DNA of 64,000 nt from Eledone cirrhosa (lineage: Eukaryota): assembly GCA_964016885.1 (NCBI GenBank), contig OZ024744.1, positions 71,734,001 to 71,798,000 on the forward strand, given 5' to 3'. Shown in pieces: positions 36,613-50,834 of the stretch (its first letter is position 1; the number at the start of each line of letters is the position of its first letter). The translations under genes and the position numbers were made by a program. Under the pieces are notes generated by a model, which did no database searches, was not told the DNA's origin, and worked only from the letters and a program-made list of their open reading frames with translations.

Positions 36613-36830
36613 ACAACTGTGAATTATTATTTTAAATATTGATGTTGCCTATTTGTTTGTTTGTTTGTTGTTGTTGTTGTTGTTGTTGCAGTCGTGGAAT
36701 TGTTGTGTATGCTGTTTAAGTCTAACTACGATGTTTTATGTTTTTGCACTTAGAATCACAGTTGGAAGAAATATAATCTTAAAGGTTATTGGTGCTTTGT
36801 ATACACATACATACACAAACATATATATAC

Positions 36831-36887
<57 letters not shown>

Positions 36888-36991
36888 TTACACACACACA
36901 TATATATATATATAAATAATAAATATATGCGCACAAACATACACTCCTTTATATTTGTTCTATGTACATATTCATATATTCTTCTCTCTCC

Positions 36992-37099
<108 letters not shown>

Positions 37100-37414
37100 G
37101 CGTGTGTGTGTGTGTGTGCGTGTGTGTTGTGTGTGAGTGTGTGTGCCCAAACATACTTATATTAAATTCATGCACACTGAAGGTATTTTAAATTTTTTTA
37201 TAGAGAGTACTAACTACGGAAGTTTTTCTTTTCTTTCAAGTAAAACTGTTTCTGAATTTTATTTTATTGAATGAATTTTCGAAATTAATATCTGGAATAT
37301 CTATAGAGAATCAGAGCACGTACACATGTGACGAGGTAATCTCGCCACACGGATTTTCTGCGAACAATAATTAGCAACAACTTCATCCTACTGTGTTTAG
37401 AAAAAATAGTATGT

Positions 37415-37501
<87 letters not shown>

Positions 37502-37932
37502 GAACGATCGAGAATCGGAATATCGGCCCACGAAATCACGATAAACAATATCCGACATGTGTGGCAGAGGGCTCAATAGTTTGGATAAACCAGAGCTATA
37601 ACTATCGTTAAAATACCAACACACAGAGATCATGCCTAAAATCACCCGTGCAGCCGAAAAAGAACGACCAGGAAGATTCGGGTCACTCAAATAAAATATC
37701 AATAAATTAATAAATTAAATGAATATAAAAAACTCACCCGGACCCACTAGATGGATGTTAAATTCTAGCTATTTGGGGTTTGTGCAATTCCTTAATCAAA
37801 TCACTATCAGCCCACATAAAAAATATATATGACTTCTAGTGAGGAGACGAACGAGGAAGAGCTTCTTCAACGAGTTTCCGTTAAAACATACGGAGGGACC
37901 CACAGCCAAAAACATATATATATATATATTGC

Positions 37933-37987
<55 letters not shown>

Positions 37988-38148
37988 GGTGTGGGGGGGG
38001 GGTTGTATGTGTGTGTGTGTGTGTGTGTCTGTGTGTATATGTGCGTATGAATGTACATACGTATGTATGTATACAGGTATATATGTAAGTATGTACGTAT
38101 GTATGTGTGTATATATATATATATGTGTGTGTGTGTGTAGATATATAT

Positions 38149-38211
<63 letters not shown>

Positions 38212-38321
38212 AAGAGGCAGTCAGATAGACAGACAGATATATTGACAGATAGATAAATAGATATATAGATATATAGATAGACAGATAATAGATAGACAGA
38301 TAATAGATAGACAGAGATAGA

Positions 38322-41300
38322 TATGTTCCTTTATTAGCCACAGGGGCACAGAAGAAGGGGACAAATACAAAGGGGGAAGTTTACATACAATAAAAACGTG
38401 TAAAATACTGTCACAAATGTAATTTAAAAATTAATCGATTTTCCCCAATAGGGGAGACATTACATATGGGTAACACATACCCCCGAAAAAAATGTGCAAA
38501 CCTCATCTCCAGGAGTACGAAGAGTGAGTACCCCTTTCCTCTCTCCCTCTTTTTCCTCAACCTATAGGCTGATATAGAGAGAAGGACCATTCACTCGGGC
38601 TATTCTCGCCACTTTCACCCACCTTTCGTAAAACTTGCTGATTCTTCTTCCAAAGTGGTATTTGAAAAAAAGAATCAGTTGTTTGCCGGAGAGAAAGGTG
38701 TCTGACCCCAGCCCTTTTAACCTCGTCCACCATACAACCTCTTTCACCATAGCTATCACACAAAGAAAAACGGCCTCTCCTTCGTTTTTGAAGGAGGGCG
38801 GCGGTTTGATCATGACAATGGACTCAGTGGTCAACTGGATTGGTCCCACCCGCGACAATAGTTGTTCTACATAGCCCCACAGGTCGGTAACTCCCGAGCA
38901 GTGTACGAATGTGTACGAATGCTTGCGCGACGGTTTCTTCGTCTCGCACGCATCTCGGACAGATCTTTTTCGAAGTGTCCCTGCCCGGGCAACCATGTCT
39001 GTAGAGCTTGTCTCGAACTAGTAGAGTTCCTCGGTAGCACTGCCAGGCCAGGGACGTTTGGAAGTTGTCCATCGGTCCCGGGCAAAAGGTCCTACCGAAC
39101 CGACTGGCCAGTTCGTCTTCCTCTACGCCTAGAGTTTCTCCGAGCGCGTCGTCGCACTTGCTGCGGATCAACCGTCTATAGAATGACGAAGTGGAGTCTC
39201 CACTGATCGCCGGGTCCACCTGCCAGAGGGCTGAGAGCGCCTGAGCACATTCGATGTGCCAGTCGCCCATTTTCTTCGGTCTTTGCTTGACACAGGACTG
39301 CAGCTGGGTCAGCGAGACGAGTCGTGGGAAGGCTCGCCTCACGAACGGGGCCCACACCGGTTGTCCGGTGAGGAATACGTGGAGGTGCCGCAGCCTGAGC
39401 GGGTGTTTGCGCATCGTTAGCCACGACACCCCCAGCCCTCCGTTGGAAGGGTGTTGGTAGCAGATGGATCTTCTCACGAAAGGAGCCCTCTTCTTCCAAA
39501 GGAATTGGAAGAGAGCGCGCTCCATTTTGGTGAGCATTTTGGCTGGACAAGGCACAACGGTCAAGCGGTAGTAGATGACAGACGCTATAAAAGTGTTCGC
39601 CACCTCCGCTCGACCTTTCAAGGATAGTTTGCACTCGGCCCACTTCTGGGTGAGTGCAAGCATCTTGGCCGTCACCTCGATCCAGTTCTTCTCCACCTGG
39701 AGATCCGGACCAAACCAGAACCCGAGCAGCTACTGGGAGATGAACGACGCCATCGGAAGGCATCGGTTTGCCTCTCCACGATCCGAGTTACAAACCGATG
39801 AACTTGTCCCGGTTCAGCTTCGCTCCTGTGAAACTTTCGTATTCCTTCAGTAGGGTGCCGACTTCCTCGATTTGCAAGGGGCTCGACACCATTACTGTCA
39901 CGTAATCGGCGTAGGCCGACGCCGCTTTCCGCAGTCCCAGTTCCAGAGGGATGCCCTGAAATAGCTCCAACTTCCGCAATAGTGGCTCGAGAGTCAGTAC
40001 GTACAGAAGGGAGGAGAGAGGGCATCCCTGTCGGATGGATCGCGTGATATTGAACGGCACCGAGAGGTAACCGTTCACCTTGACCCTTGAGCAGATGTTG
40101 CTGCTGTGCATTGCAGTAGACCGCTTCCAGGAGACCGGAGAATAATTCCGGCTTGGCTTCATAAAATTCGTAGGGTAGACCGTCGAGACCTGGAGATTTG
40201 CGTTTGCTGCATTGGCTCAGCGCGTCACCTATCTCAGCGGCTGAAATCTGCGTTTCGCAGAACTTAGCCTCTCTGTCCGAGAGTCGCGGTAGGCCGTCGA
40301 GGTATGGACCGAAATCCATAGCCCCGCCCGGCGCGCCGCCCTGCCAGAACAGATGAGCAAAGTGCCGCTGAAAAGCCGCACACATCTGCTTCGGCTCACG
40401 TATCCCGCGTCCGTCTTTGTCCTTCAAAGACTGAATCGAGAACTTGTTGCCACTTTTCGCCTCCGTCACCCGGGCCCAGCTAACAGCTTTGGCTCCCTCG
40501 TTTACCAGAGCACGTATTTTGCTTCTGACAACGCAGACCTCGTGCTTTGCGTCGAAGAACTGGTCCAAGGCTGTTCTCGTTGCTAGTACGCTGGCTACGT
40601 TGCCACTTCTAATTGCCTCTTCTACTTTATCTATCAGTTCCTTCTCTGTCCTATTGCTATCTAACGCTAATTCTTTACTAAAAACTAACGAGTCTAATCT
40701 AACTTCCCTCTTGAGAGAGTACCACCATCTGTTGTTGGCAATGGCCCCTGTCAAGTGCTGTTTAACTAAAGTGCTAATCCGTCTACTGTAGCCTTTGCAT
40801 GTCGGTAACGACAAGTTCAGCTTCCAGTAGCCGGGTCCTTGTCTATGGGTTCTATCAAGGTTGACCATGCAGGTCACTAGTTTGTGATCTGAATAGGTAA
40901 CCATGAACATTTGTTGACAGCTTAACATGTCCCTATCCTTATTTCTAACTAGAACCCTATCTAGGTACGATCTAGATGTTCCGCTAAAATTAGTCCACGT
41001 CCACAGTGGCACAGTCGGAAAATCTAGTCAATATCTATCGGCCAGGTCAAATCGGCCGATTAACTGTTTGAGGCTGTTACCCCCCCCCCTTTATTGGGAC
41101 ATGCTACAACATAGTCCCAGCGTGCATCTAGGATTCCATTCCAGTCCCCCACTAAAAGAAAGGAGCGGGACGTTCCCAGAAAAATCTCTAGACGTTTGAA
41201 GAAGTCTGGCCGCGGAGTACCGGATGGGGCATATGCGGCCACCAGCCTGAAGGCTCCACCTTCACTACTGTCAACGTCTAGGACCACCAGTCGACTCTCC

Positions 41301-41665
41301 GGGTCCAGATGTACCTTCTGTGTTACGAGGCCCAGGTGTTTCCTCAGCAAAACGAAGATGGGAGCCAGCTGTCGCTCGCTGTGGATCCTGAACTCTCAGA
41401 TGGCAATTACATCCATACTGTGCGACCTGAGGTCGTTTAAGAATTTTCCCTGTTTCCAGGGCATCCCCAGGCCGCGCACATTCACACAACCGACTCTTAC
41501 ATTCGCCATGTTGGTGAGAAAGAGTTAGAAAAGAAAAGGAAGAGTTCACTCACCTTTTCGTTTCCTGGAGAGCGGGTCGCTCAAGTTCCATGGGGGTGTT
41601 GGAGGGGTTGTCTGGGTTGGTGGTGGTTTCCGGTGGGGTGGGGAAGGAGATGTTTGGTGGGGAGG
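38322..41665 (-). mobile_element. Tx1 family B LINE, 5'-truncated in ORF1, with an internal deletion in the RT
   Basis: ORF2 start MANVRVGCVNVRG (41509), GDWN, YLDR, SDH, KSPGLDG, RQGCPLS, YADY; (TCTA)n-like tracts on both sides. Confidence 0.93.
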
Positions 41666-41767
41666 GATAGATAGATAGAAAGATAGATATGGCTTTTAGA
41701 CTAAACGTGAATGTATATCTTAATATGCAATATAAATCAAAATCTCTTAATTTGATGTTTCTTGTAA

Positions 41768-42148
41768 TAATTGTTCCTTCTTTAGGCACAAGGCCAGCAA
41801 TTACCCAGTACATTACTGGTACTTTATTTTATTGACCCCGTAAGGATGAAAGGCAAAGTTAACCTTGGCGGGATTTGAACTCAGACCGTAAAGGGACGTA
41901 ACTATGTTAGAAAGCATGGCGTCCAAACCTCTACCGATACTGCCAATTTGTAATAATCATAATTGTTTCTATTTTTGGCACAAGGCCAGCAATTATCCCA
42001 GTACATTATTGGTACTTTATTTTATCGACCCCTTAAGGATGAAAGGCAAAGTTAACCTCGGCGGGATTTGAACTCAGATCGTAAAGGGGCGTAACTCTAT
42101 GTTGCAAAACATGGCATCCGACCCTCTACCGATACTGCCAATCCACCG
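41768..42148 (-). mobile_element. Two tandem main SINEs (41768-41948, 41960-42148)
   Basis: Complete head, core and tail on the minus strand. Confidence 0.92.
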
Positions 42149-42305
42149 CAAATCCACATAATCATAGTTTTACCAAATAAATCTATACTATAAAGTTGAC
42201 GGCCGTATGTAAGTAACAAACTTTCCGCCAAGCGGCTAGAAAATAACGCCACCAAATTTGCACCATAGATGTAACTTTTTCCAAGTAAGAAAGTGAGGGT
42301 ATTTT

Positions 42306-42361
<56 letters not shown>

Positions 42362-42371
<10 letters not shown>

Positions 42372-43212
42372 TTGGTGCTCTGAAATAGCGATATATATAT
42401 GAATGTATATATAGTGTATTTTGCAATACACTGTATGCTTAATTAAAAGTATTTCAAAGACCTTATGCTATTGTTTTAGAGTAGTGACAGTCTCACTTAC
42501 TTTAATTTTCAGCAAACAGGGGAGATAAAGCTGACAGAGTTCTGTTTCGCATTTTTTGATGCTTATGAAAGTTAACTACTCCTCCTGTTTGCTGAAAATA
42601 ATGAATATTTGATTCTTATAGAATTCTTAGTAATAATCAGGAACTGATTATACAGAGCGGTTGCCGGTCAAGCAGAAATTGAAAATTAGAATTGGTGCTC
42701 TGAAATAGCGATATATATATGAATGTATATATAGTGTATTTTGCAATACACTGTATGCTAATTAAAAGCATTTCGAAGACCTTATGCTATTGTTTTAGAG
42801 TAGTGACAGTCTCACTTACCTTAATTTTCAGCAAACAGGGGAAATGCTTTTAATTAAGCATACAGTGTATTGCAAAATACACTATATATACATTCATATA
42901 TATATCGCTATTTCAGAGCACCAATTCTAATTTTCAATTTCTGCTTGACAGGCAACCGCTCTGTATAATCAGTTCCTGATTATTACTAAGAGTTCTATAA
43001 GAATCAAACATTCATGATTTTCAGCAAACAGGAGGAGTAGTTAACTTTGATAAGCATAAAAAAATGCGAAACAGCGCTCTGTCAGCTTTATCTCCCCTGT
43101 TTGCTGAAAATTAAAGTAAGTGAGACTGTCACTATTCTAAAACAATATCATAAGGTCTTCGAAATGCTTTTAATTAAGCATACAGTGTATTGCAAAATAC
43201 ACTATATATACA

Positions 43213-43216
<4 letters not shown>
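42362..43216. mobile_element. (TA)n-flanked HHR element, family F: 320-nt monomers, ~1.5 units on minus and ~1.2 units on plus, head-to-head at 42840/42841
   Basis: attagaattggtgctctg recurs at 42365 and 42685; gaaatgcttttaattaag recurs at 42841 and 43161; the two blocks are reverse complements. Confidence 0.9.
43043..43087 (+). ncRNA. Type-I hammerhead ribozyme, family F, U3-A8 core variant (second, more decayed copy at 42529-42573 minus)
   Basis: AACT-TTGATAA-GCAT(AAAAAA)ATGC-GAAA-CAG(CGCT)CTG-TC-AGCT. Confidence 0.75.
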
Positions 43217-43268
<52 letters not shown>

Positions 43269-44658
43269 TATATTCGTGTACAGATATTTTTGCATACACA
43301 AAAACAAAATATAAACAAACGTATTCATTTCACGAAAGCACAGACGGCTTATCGTCATTGTTACTGCCGATATGCCACCCAAAAAGTCCTAGCCTGGCCG
43401 CAAGATCAGATTTCCCAGAAGAAAAAATGTTACTAGAACAACAGAGGGACTAAGCTTCGCGATTACCTTCAACAAAGCTCAGGGTCAAACCCTTTATGTG
43501 GCTGGCCTTCATCTGGGAAAACCATGGTCAATTGTATATAGGATGCTCTAGGGTGAGCTCGCCAAACAATCTCTTCTTCTTTGCTCCCGAGAGCCGAACA
43601 AAAAATATTGTATACTCTGAGGCTCAAACAATGTAATTTATGTATTTTCTGTTTCTTGGAATTTCCATTATGGTTGTACAAATTATTGTAAAATTTGTTA
43701 AAAAATGTGTTCCCTGTTGTTCAACCTTTATTGTTGTAATTATCAATTTTCTTTAACGTACTGGCTGAGAAAAGAAACCTACAATGAAAGAACATCTTAA
43801 AGTTTACCCAAGCCAAATGTATTTATTAACATTTCTATCTTGCAGGTTCTTAGCAAGCTTACTGGCGCTTTAGTATGGTATTCAATTCTCATATCGTTTT
43901 TGATTGATATGGTGCATATATCGCAGCTATTCATATGTTTTAAACAAATAAAAGAGAGATGTTTGTTGGTTGGTTCCTTCGCGTATCACACGAATAAAAC
44001 GAAAAGTGACAATCGGAAAGTATGTACAGGATTGGGATAAGATTATATCCAGGAAAAGTTATTGATACTAATTTTATAACACCAAAGAAGAAGACATACC
44101 ACGTATGCTAACCAACTAGACTGCTATTTCTAGCAGGCTGGGAATCAACCATAAGGGATTCTCTCTCGAGTTCGTTGTCAGTGATGATCGTGTTTCGCGG
44201 CCTATGTCTCCGATTCCAACGGTGGTTTACAAACACACACACACACGCGAACACTCACACAGGCACACACACACACACACATATATATACACACACACGA
44301 ACACTCACACATACACGCACATATATATATACACAAACACACACACAAACATACACACACACACACAATACACACACACTGTAAACAAGACAATGCATTC
44401 AATACAGACGTTTTCTCTTCTGCCGGTCTTCTCTTATCATTTGTTAACCCTGGCGAAGATGGGTACCCCAGCTAGTACCAAATAACAAACAAATATGTAA
44501 ACAAGGATTCTGTAAAAACCGAACAAACAAAGTATCATGATCCCATACGTAAGAAACATAAAGTTTAAAATTATTCATACCTAAGTCTAGTTTTAACAGT
44601 TGATAGAGAAATAGTTACCTCATAAACACTTAAACCTATTAAATAACTAAATGGAATA

Positions 44659-44992
44659 CATTGTATTCCTCCGGCATTCGTGGTCGCCTGTTATTCGCGG
44701 AATTTTCCTTTGAACCTAACTAATAATTGTTCGTGGAAACCACAGCATATTCAAGGAATTGTAAATATCTTCTACGATTTTTTAATGGCTTTTTTCGTGG
44801 CAATATATATATTTCTTAACGCCTTTTAACGCTAAATTATTATTAATAATATACCGTATTTACTGGCCTATATTTTATCTTATGTTTTGACGTCTATACA
44901 CATTTTTATGGACCACGTGCAATATTCGCGGCTTCTCACTCTTCGTGGGTGCTCTAGGAGCGTAACCCCCCGCGAATACCCGGGGACAACTG
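44659..44992. mobile_element. Tc1/pogo (Tigger-like) MITE
   Basis: TA-flanked imperfect TIRs cattgtattcctccggcattcgtgg / ccgcgaatacccggggacaactg. Confidence 0.6.
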
Positions 44993-45229
44993 TACATGTA
45001 ACGAACTATGAGTAATACCCTTACTAATTAACTAATTAACTACTGAATGAGACTATGACACCTATTTTTGACGATTCAGAAATTAACTCCTTTGTAATTA
45101 AGAGTCCATCAAGGGAAACAACTCTTATTAACATATTTACAAATGCTGATGTGATGTTGCAATTTTTGCATGTCTATTCACTATGCATCATTACAACCCT
45201 TACTGGTAGACACGGCACACGTCGGCTGT

Positions 45230-45450
45230 TTATGTGTCTTTGTGTGTGTGGTGTGTGAGTGTGTATGTGTGTGTATGTGTGTGTATATATATATGCGGCG
45301 TATTTGTGTGTGTGTCTGTGTGTGTGTGTGTGTGAGTGTATGCATGTGTGTGGGTGCGTGTGTACGTGTGTGTGTGTATATATATATATGCGGCGTGTTT
45401 GTGTGTGTGTGTGTGTGAGTGTGTGCATGTGTGTGGGTGCGTGTGTACGT

Positions 45451-45492
<42 letters not shown>

Positions 45493-45722
45493 GTGTGTAT
45501 GTGTGTGTATATATATATATGCGGCGTGTTTGTGTGTGAGTGAGTGTGTGCATGTGTGTGAGTGCGTGTGTAAGTGTGTGCTTGTGTGTGTGTGTATGTG
45601 TGTGTATATATATATGCGGCTTGTTTGTATGTGTGTGTGTTGGGGGGCGCGCGTGTGTGTGTGTGGGGGGGGGGGCGTGTGTGGATGCGTGTGTACGTGG
45701 GTGTTTGTGTGTTTGTGTGTTT
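45230..45722. repeat. Compound (GT)n minisatellite with a recurring (TA)nTGCGGC motif
   Basis: atatatgcggc occurs four times, about 95-130 nt apart. Confidence 0.85.
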
Positions 45723-46074
45723 CGTAATGTATATATTAAAGTATACAAAAGTATAAAAAAGGAAAAACTACATTTTTGACGAGTGAATAATATGAACTGG
45801 CACCGATATATTTGATTTTGCAGTTTATTCATGAAAAAAACAAACAAACAAAAAACCATGTTCTATCTGATATATAGTGGGAAAGCAGTGGTCACAAATG
45901 AAAGGCCCTTGATCATAGGTCTGCTTGAACACAGTTGATTAATGCTAACAACAACAACTTCTGAGATCATATAAATTAGTGATTTGCTTCGATAAACAAC
46001 ACTGGTGTTACTGTCTTTTAAGTCTATCAATGCAAGTTAACGGTCAGTCCGTATTGTATTCCAGGTGGACAGGA

Positions 46075-46260
46075 TGGAGTTGGAACAATCACTCCACTTC
46101 GCACGGATCGCATTTGCGGGTAGCCAACTCCACTCCGATAACAGTGAGTAGGGATGTGGTCCAGGGGCCAAGAACGTCGCAAGTCTCCACTACCACAGTC
46201 TCATTCACACACTTATCAGTGAGTGGCCGATACCTTGACAGTTTGCCCTCTTCAACAATC
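46075..46260 (-). mobile_element. CRE-like non-LTR element fragment (restriction-like endonuclease C-terminus)
   Basis: Minus translation EEGKLSRY...VVVETCDVLGP...L...IG..LA....DP.E..*LFQ resembles the CRE-clade REL domain tail. Confidence 0.55.
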
Positions 46261-46854
46261 AACGGATAATAATAATTGTCTGGTAGCCACCGTAGTGTTT
46301 ACTCCAGGACTTCGTTCCAAATTTATCAAAAGACAAAAATGTTGATATCATTGGGTTCGTTCCTATTATTGTTAAATATAGATCATCTCTGATTAAGCAT
46401 GCTTATGAGCAAAGATATTCCATCCATGGTTATGAAATATTTTTCGGAAATATAGTTATATAGAATTATATAGAATTACAATATGCAATGTGATGTTATT
46501 AAAACAGAAAACAAAAAAAAGCGTGGTAGGGATTGATTTGAAGTAGACGTGGTTTCTATTTCTAGCAGTATGGGTGGTCATTGTAGAAACTTTTTCCTTG
46601 GTTTGACAATCAGAAATGAAGTCGTTGCTTGAAAACTGTCGGTGGATATTGACATATTATTTGAAGTGCCATTAATCTACACTGGATTAACCCTGCCACA
46701 CCGTGCCAAAAAAAAAAAAAAAAAAAGGAGACTTAAATTTTATTGATCCTGTTTGGATAGTTACTGAAAACTCTCAGATATTAAGCATGGAGAGGTAATA
46801 AGAGAAATCCCCAAAATTTAAGATATTGCCATGTCTACATCCCAAGCAACATTA

Positions 46855-46919
<65 letters not shown>

Positions 46920-47187
46920 TCTCTCTCCCCCTCTCTCTCTCTTTTTTTATTTTTTATTTCATTTTACCAATCTTAGAGACAAATGGCAAAGTCAGAAACG
47001 TTAGCTTCTACATTCCACACAGTTAATGAACTAATCGAATTATGTCATCGAACTATCTTATTGTGTAATTGTTTTTTGACGAAGCTTGTCTCGAGTTCCC
47101 TCGTATTCTCGAATATACCCTTTACAACAAATCAATAAGGTTCTCAATCTACAAACAATAAACGTATTATGGCATATGAACAGCAAG

Positions 47188-47378
47188 GGCGGTGTATTGG
47201 CAGTATCGGTAGAGGGTCGGATACCATGCTTAGCAGCAAAGAGTTACGGCTCTTTATGGTCTGAGTTCAAATCCTGCCGAGGTTAACTTTGCCTTTCATC
47301 CTTACGGGGTCGATAAAATAAAGTACCAGTAATGCACTGGGATAATTGCAGGCCTTGTGCCAAAGGTAGAAATAATTA
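47188..47378 (+). mobile_element. Main SINE, full length
   Basis: Complete head, core and tail. Confidence 0.92.
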
Positions 47379-47461
47379 TGTTTTAAAATAACCGCTAAGT
47401 GAAGAGTGTTGTGTCTATATTATCAAATATAGAGTGAATAAGTTGTAGTAATCCACAGAGA

Positions 47462-47742
47462 TCACGGATCCAATACTATGGGCATGCGGGTAGAATGTCT
47501 AAGGAAACAAATCGCTGGACAGATTTTACGGGTAATCCCAACTGGCAAGAAACCCTGAGCAGGATGGTTGGATAACATCCAAAATCTTGGCTGGTCACGC
47601 TTGGGGATCCAGCCGTATCTGTTGGAGACGGTTGCTTCTGACAGAACCCACTGGAATGAGTGTTTGAGGACTCTGCCCATACGACTCTCTCAGGAGTAAG
47701 AAGAAGAAGAAGAAGAAGAAGAAGCAGTAGTAGTAGTAGTCT
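47462..47742 (+). mobile_element. RTE-type LINE 3' end with (AAG)n/(AGT)n tail
   Basis: YYGH...RMSKE...PTGK...RWLDNI-like translation followed by a trinucleotide tail. Confidence 0.65.
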
Positions 47743-48579
47743 TGAATATGAGTGAAGTGCACATATAACGTCATAAAAAGTTAGTTATATGTTTAATACT
47801 TGGAACAAGAAGATCCACAATGCAAGTCCAATGTGGATACAAACTATTAAAAATGTGTTACATTGTTTACGATAAAAACCGTACATCCGTATATACCACA
47901 TATCCACACATTCACTCATACTCACAAATGCACATATACACACAACCACATGTACATTTCTCCTGGACGATAAGAGTTCCAATGGTTCAACTCAACTAAT
48001 GAACTACAACAAGTTGAAAGATCCATTATATCATTCCGACGTTTACCGTTTAATAACGGTTTTGTGAAAGAAAAGAAAATTACTCTGACGTTTGTAAACT
48101 TACAAAGATATGCACTATTTTTATTCTCGCAGTGTCTTATCGAAAAGTTTGAGTTAGCTAAGTAACCAAGATTAAATCGTTTGTAACTGTAAAAGAACCT
48201 ATCACATTACTAAGTAAATGTGTAAAAATTCGTATTTATTTTGTAGTTTATTGACTCAAGCCAGAATATGTTTACTTGATACGCCTGGAAAATGAATGAA
48301 CAGATAAGAACGTAAATTTCGACAGTATGGTGTTGTGACTATGAAAATAGAAACTAAAAAAAGGTGTGCGTAAAAATAACAGATAGAACCATTTGTCTGT
48401 AGCATTTAATGTCAGTTAATAATTTATGTACGATATCCTGGCAATCGTTGTAGAGCCTCAGGTTTAGACCACAACAAGCCGATACTACAATGTTTGTTTC
48501 TAATCTCAGCAGAACCTGCTTTTATTCATTTGTCCACACTTATTCTTTTAGGAAAGATAGATATGTTATTTTTAGAGGA

Positions 48580-48922
48580 ATACAACTCAAACTATGGTAT
48601 GGTCCTGTAACTCCTGATAGAATCGTCGGGGCGCAGTATTGACATACTCTGTTTCTTGGGCATTTTAAGCCTGGCGGAGCCCATCCCTCTCCAGGCCTGA
48701 GTATAGCAGATTTCTTCCAGAGAAAGATAGAAAGAGGAAATGAGCAATATATATAGAAGAAGAATCGACCCCAGCACTGGACTGGTACTTTTTTTACCGA
48801 CCTCGAAAAGGATGAAATGTAAAGTTGAATTCGGCAGTATTTGAACTCAGATGGCAGTGGGCCAGAACGAATACCATAAAGTATTCTATCCGACGTTCAA
48901 TCGACTCTGCCCATTTGCCGCC
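48580..48922 (-). mobile_element. SINE variant with the alternative tail (as 9461-9795)
   Basis: Reverse-complement homology to 9461-9795. Confidence 0.75.
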
Positions 48923-49821
48923 TATCAACCCAAACTATACATGTTCCATTATTGTTATTTCAATTTCATTCAATATTACATGGAGTAATGCTGAATGCTT
49001 CTTTTGTCATTGCTTCAGTAATAAAATCCCGAGAAAAGCAAAGAGTGTTTGAGACTCATTTAATTCTCCCCATTACAATACTCGAAAACATAAGGTTTTT
49101 ATATTTAATCAAATATATATAAATCCATTTAGAGTGAAGTTAAAATCTCACAATAATATTTTGGTATTAGTAGTTCGATATACATTGAATATTTTCTGTC
49201 CTGTTTGCAAATTTTTTAGTTAACATGCCATACCTGCCAGCCTCTAAAACCCAAACGGGGAGTACCATGAAAGAAAGTACCCTAACTCGGGGGAAAATGA
49301 GGCAAAAGGAGGATATTTTACATAATAAAAGCTATACCCATTTTCACAAGAGAGGACATGGAGTTGAAATGTTTTTATGTTAAAGCAATATGGCGGTTTA
49401 CTTAAGACATACATTTTAACGAAGTACAAATACGGAAACTACATTGTTCGTTGATCGATAGGTAAATCAATTAAAACAATTCCTTGACTAATTTTAAATA
49501 TCATAAACGACTTAATACGTCTCACTAATGGTTTTTAGCATAGATCTACATAATAAGAACTGACCTATGTTATATAAAAAAAATCAACAGAACTGAGCAA
49601 TTTGCTTTCATGTGTATCAACGGACACAGTTTCTGTTTATCAAATTACACTCACAAAGTATAGATCAATGCAGTGGGGGTGATACACCGAATATACTAGC
49701 ATTTGATGTTATGCTGTGAGAACGAACGTCGAACAACATGGTTTTGAGGCGGATTACTTTTAACACCAACCGTCAAGGAAACACACACACACACACACAC
49801 AAACACACACATATATATATA

Positions 49822-50128
49822 AAGATCCCATTCGGCCACGAATGACAATGGGATTTGCACCTAGAAAGTTCCCTTCCGAAGCACAAGTCCGGCCAGATTC
49901 TTTGTGGGAGACCATCAGTGACCCATGCATACCAGTCTCCCTAAGCCACGCCACTGATTTTGACCAGGGGAAAGGCAATAGCTGATACAGCTTGGCACCA
50001 GTGATGTGACTCATTTCTACAACTGAGTGAACTGGAGCAACGTGGAATAACGAACACAACGTAAAGCGAACTCACAACCTCACGATTGTAAGCCCGACAC
50101 TCTAACCTCTAAGCCAAGCGCCTTCACA
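49822..50128 (-). mobile_element. tRNA-derived SINE related to the second family, with a different 3' part
   Basis: tRNA-like head on the minus strand (ggcttagaggttagagtgtcgggcttacaatcgtgaggttgtgagttcg) followed by gttgctccagttcactcag. Confidence 0.7.
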
Positions 50129-50763
50129 CATATACACACACATAAACACATTAACACATACCCTGCAGTACATCCATACACGTAGACAAAAATACTTTCA
50201 GATTTAACGTAAATACTAAACATTACCATGATTTAGTTTATTACTACGTTGCAAATAAAGCTTCCTTAATTAGATGGAAATTTAAACATGATATGAACCA
50301 AAAGAATATAGGATCGGATATCAGGCGTTTGGAGAGCCATGTCTTATTTCGTTTTGGATGTACTAAGACTCTCAGATTCTGTACCCACTGACTGTTACAA
50401 AATAGCATGTTGGTATGAAGTATTTCTTGTCTTCATACAAAAAAAAAAAGAAAGAAAAAATGGTTAATATATTTTGGACAACAGAACAACAAACAAGAAT
50501 AAAAAAAAAAACCCACAACTAAAAGAACTACAAAAACAACTAAGGAATTTGCTAAACAAAACTGTACCAGATATATATTTATGTATTATTTACCAATGTG
50601 AGTGAATATCTATTCGAATGGATGTGTGATTCATATTAATGTATATAAACACACACACACACACTCACACACACATATACACCCACCACACACGCACACA
50701 CATATACACCAATATACACCCACACACCCCACTTACATATCACACACACGCACACACACACAC

Positions 50764-50823
<60 letters not shown>

Positions 50824-50834
50824 TCAGACTCAGA

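Larger units (their letters stand above)
42182..43767 (+). mobile_element. Internally deleted Helitron, interrupted by the HHR array at 42362-43216; 3' terminus not seen
   Basis: A|TCTATACTATAAAG 5' end at 42182; segment shared with the 58980 Helitron (43266-43335); MPPKKS-like start at 43372 joined to the helicase C-terminus at 43449. Confidence 0.65.
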
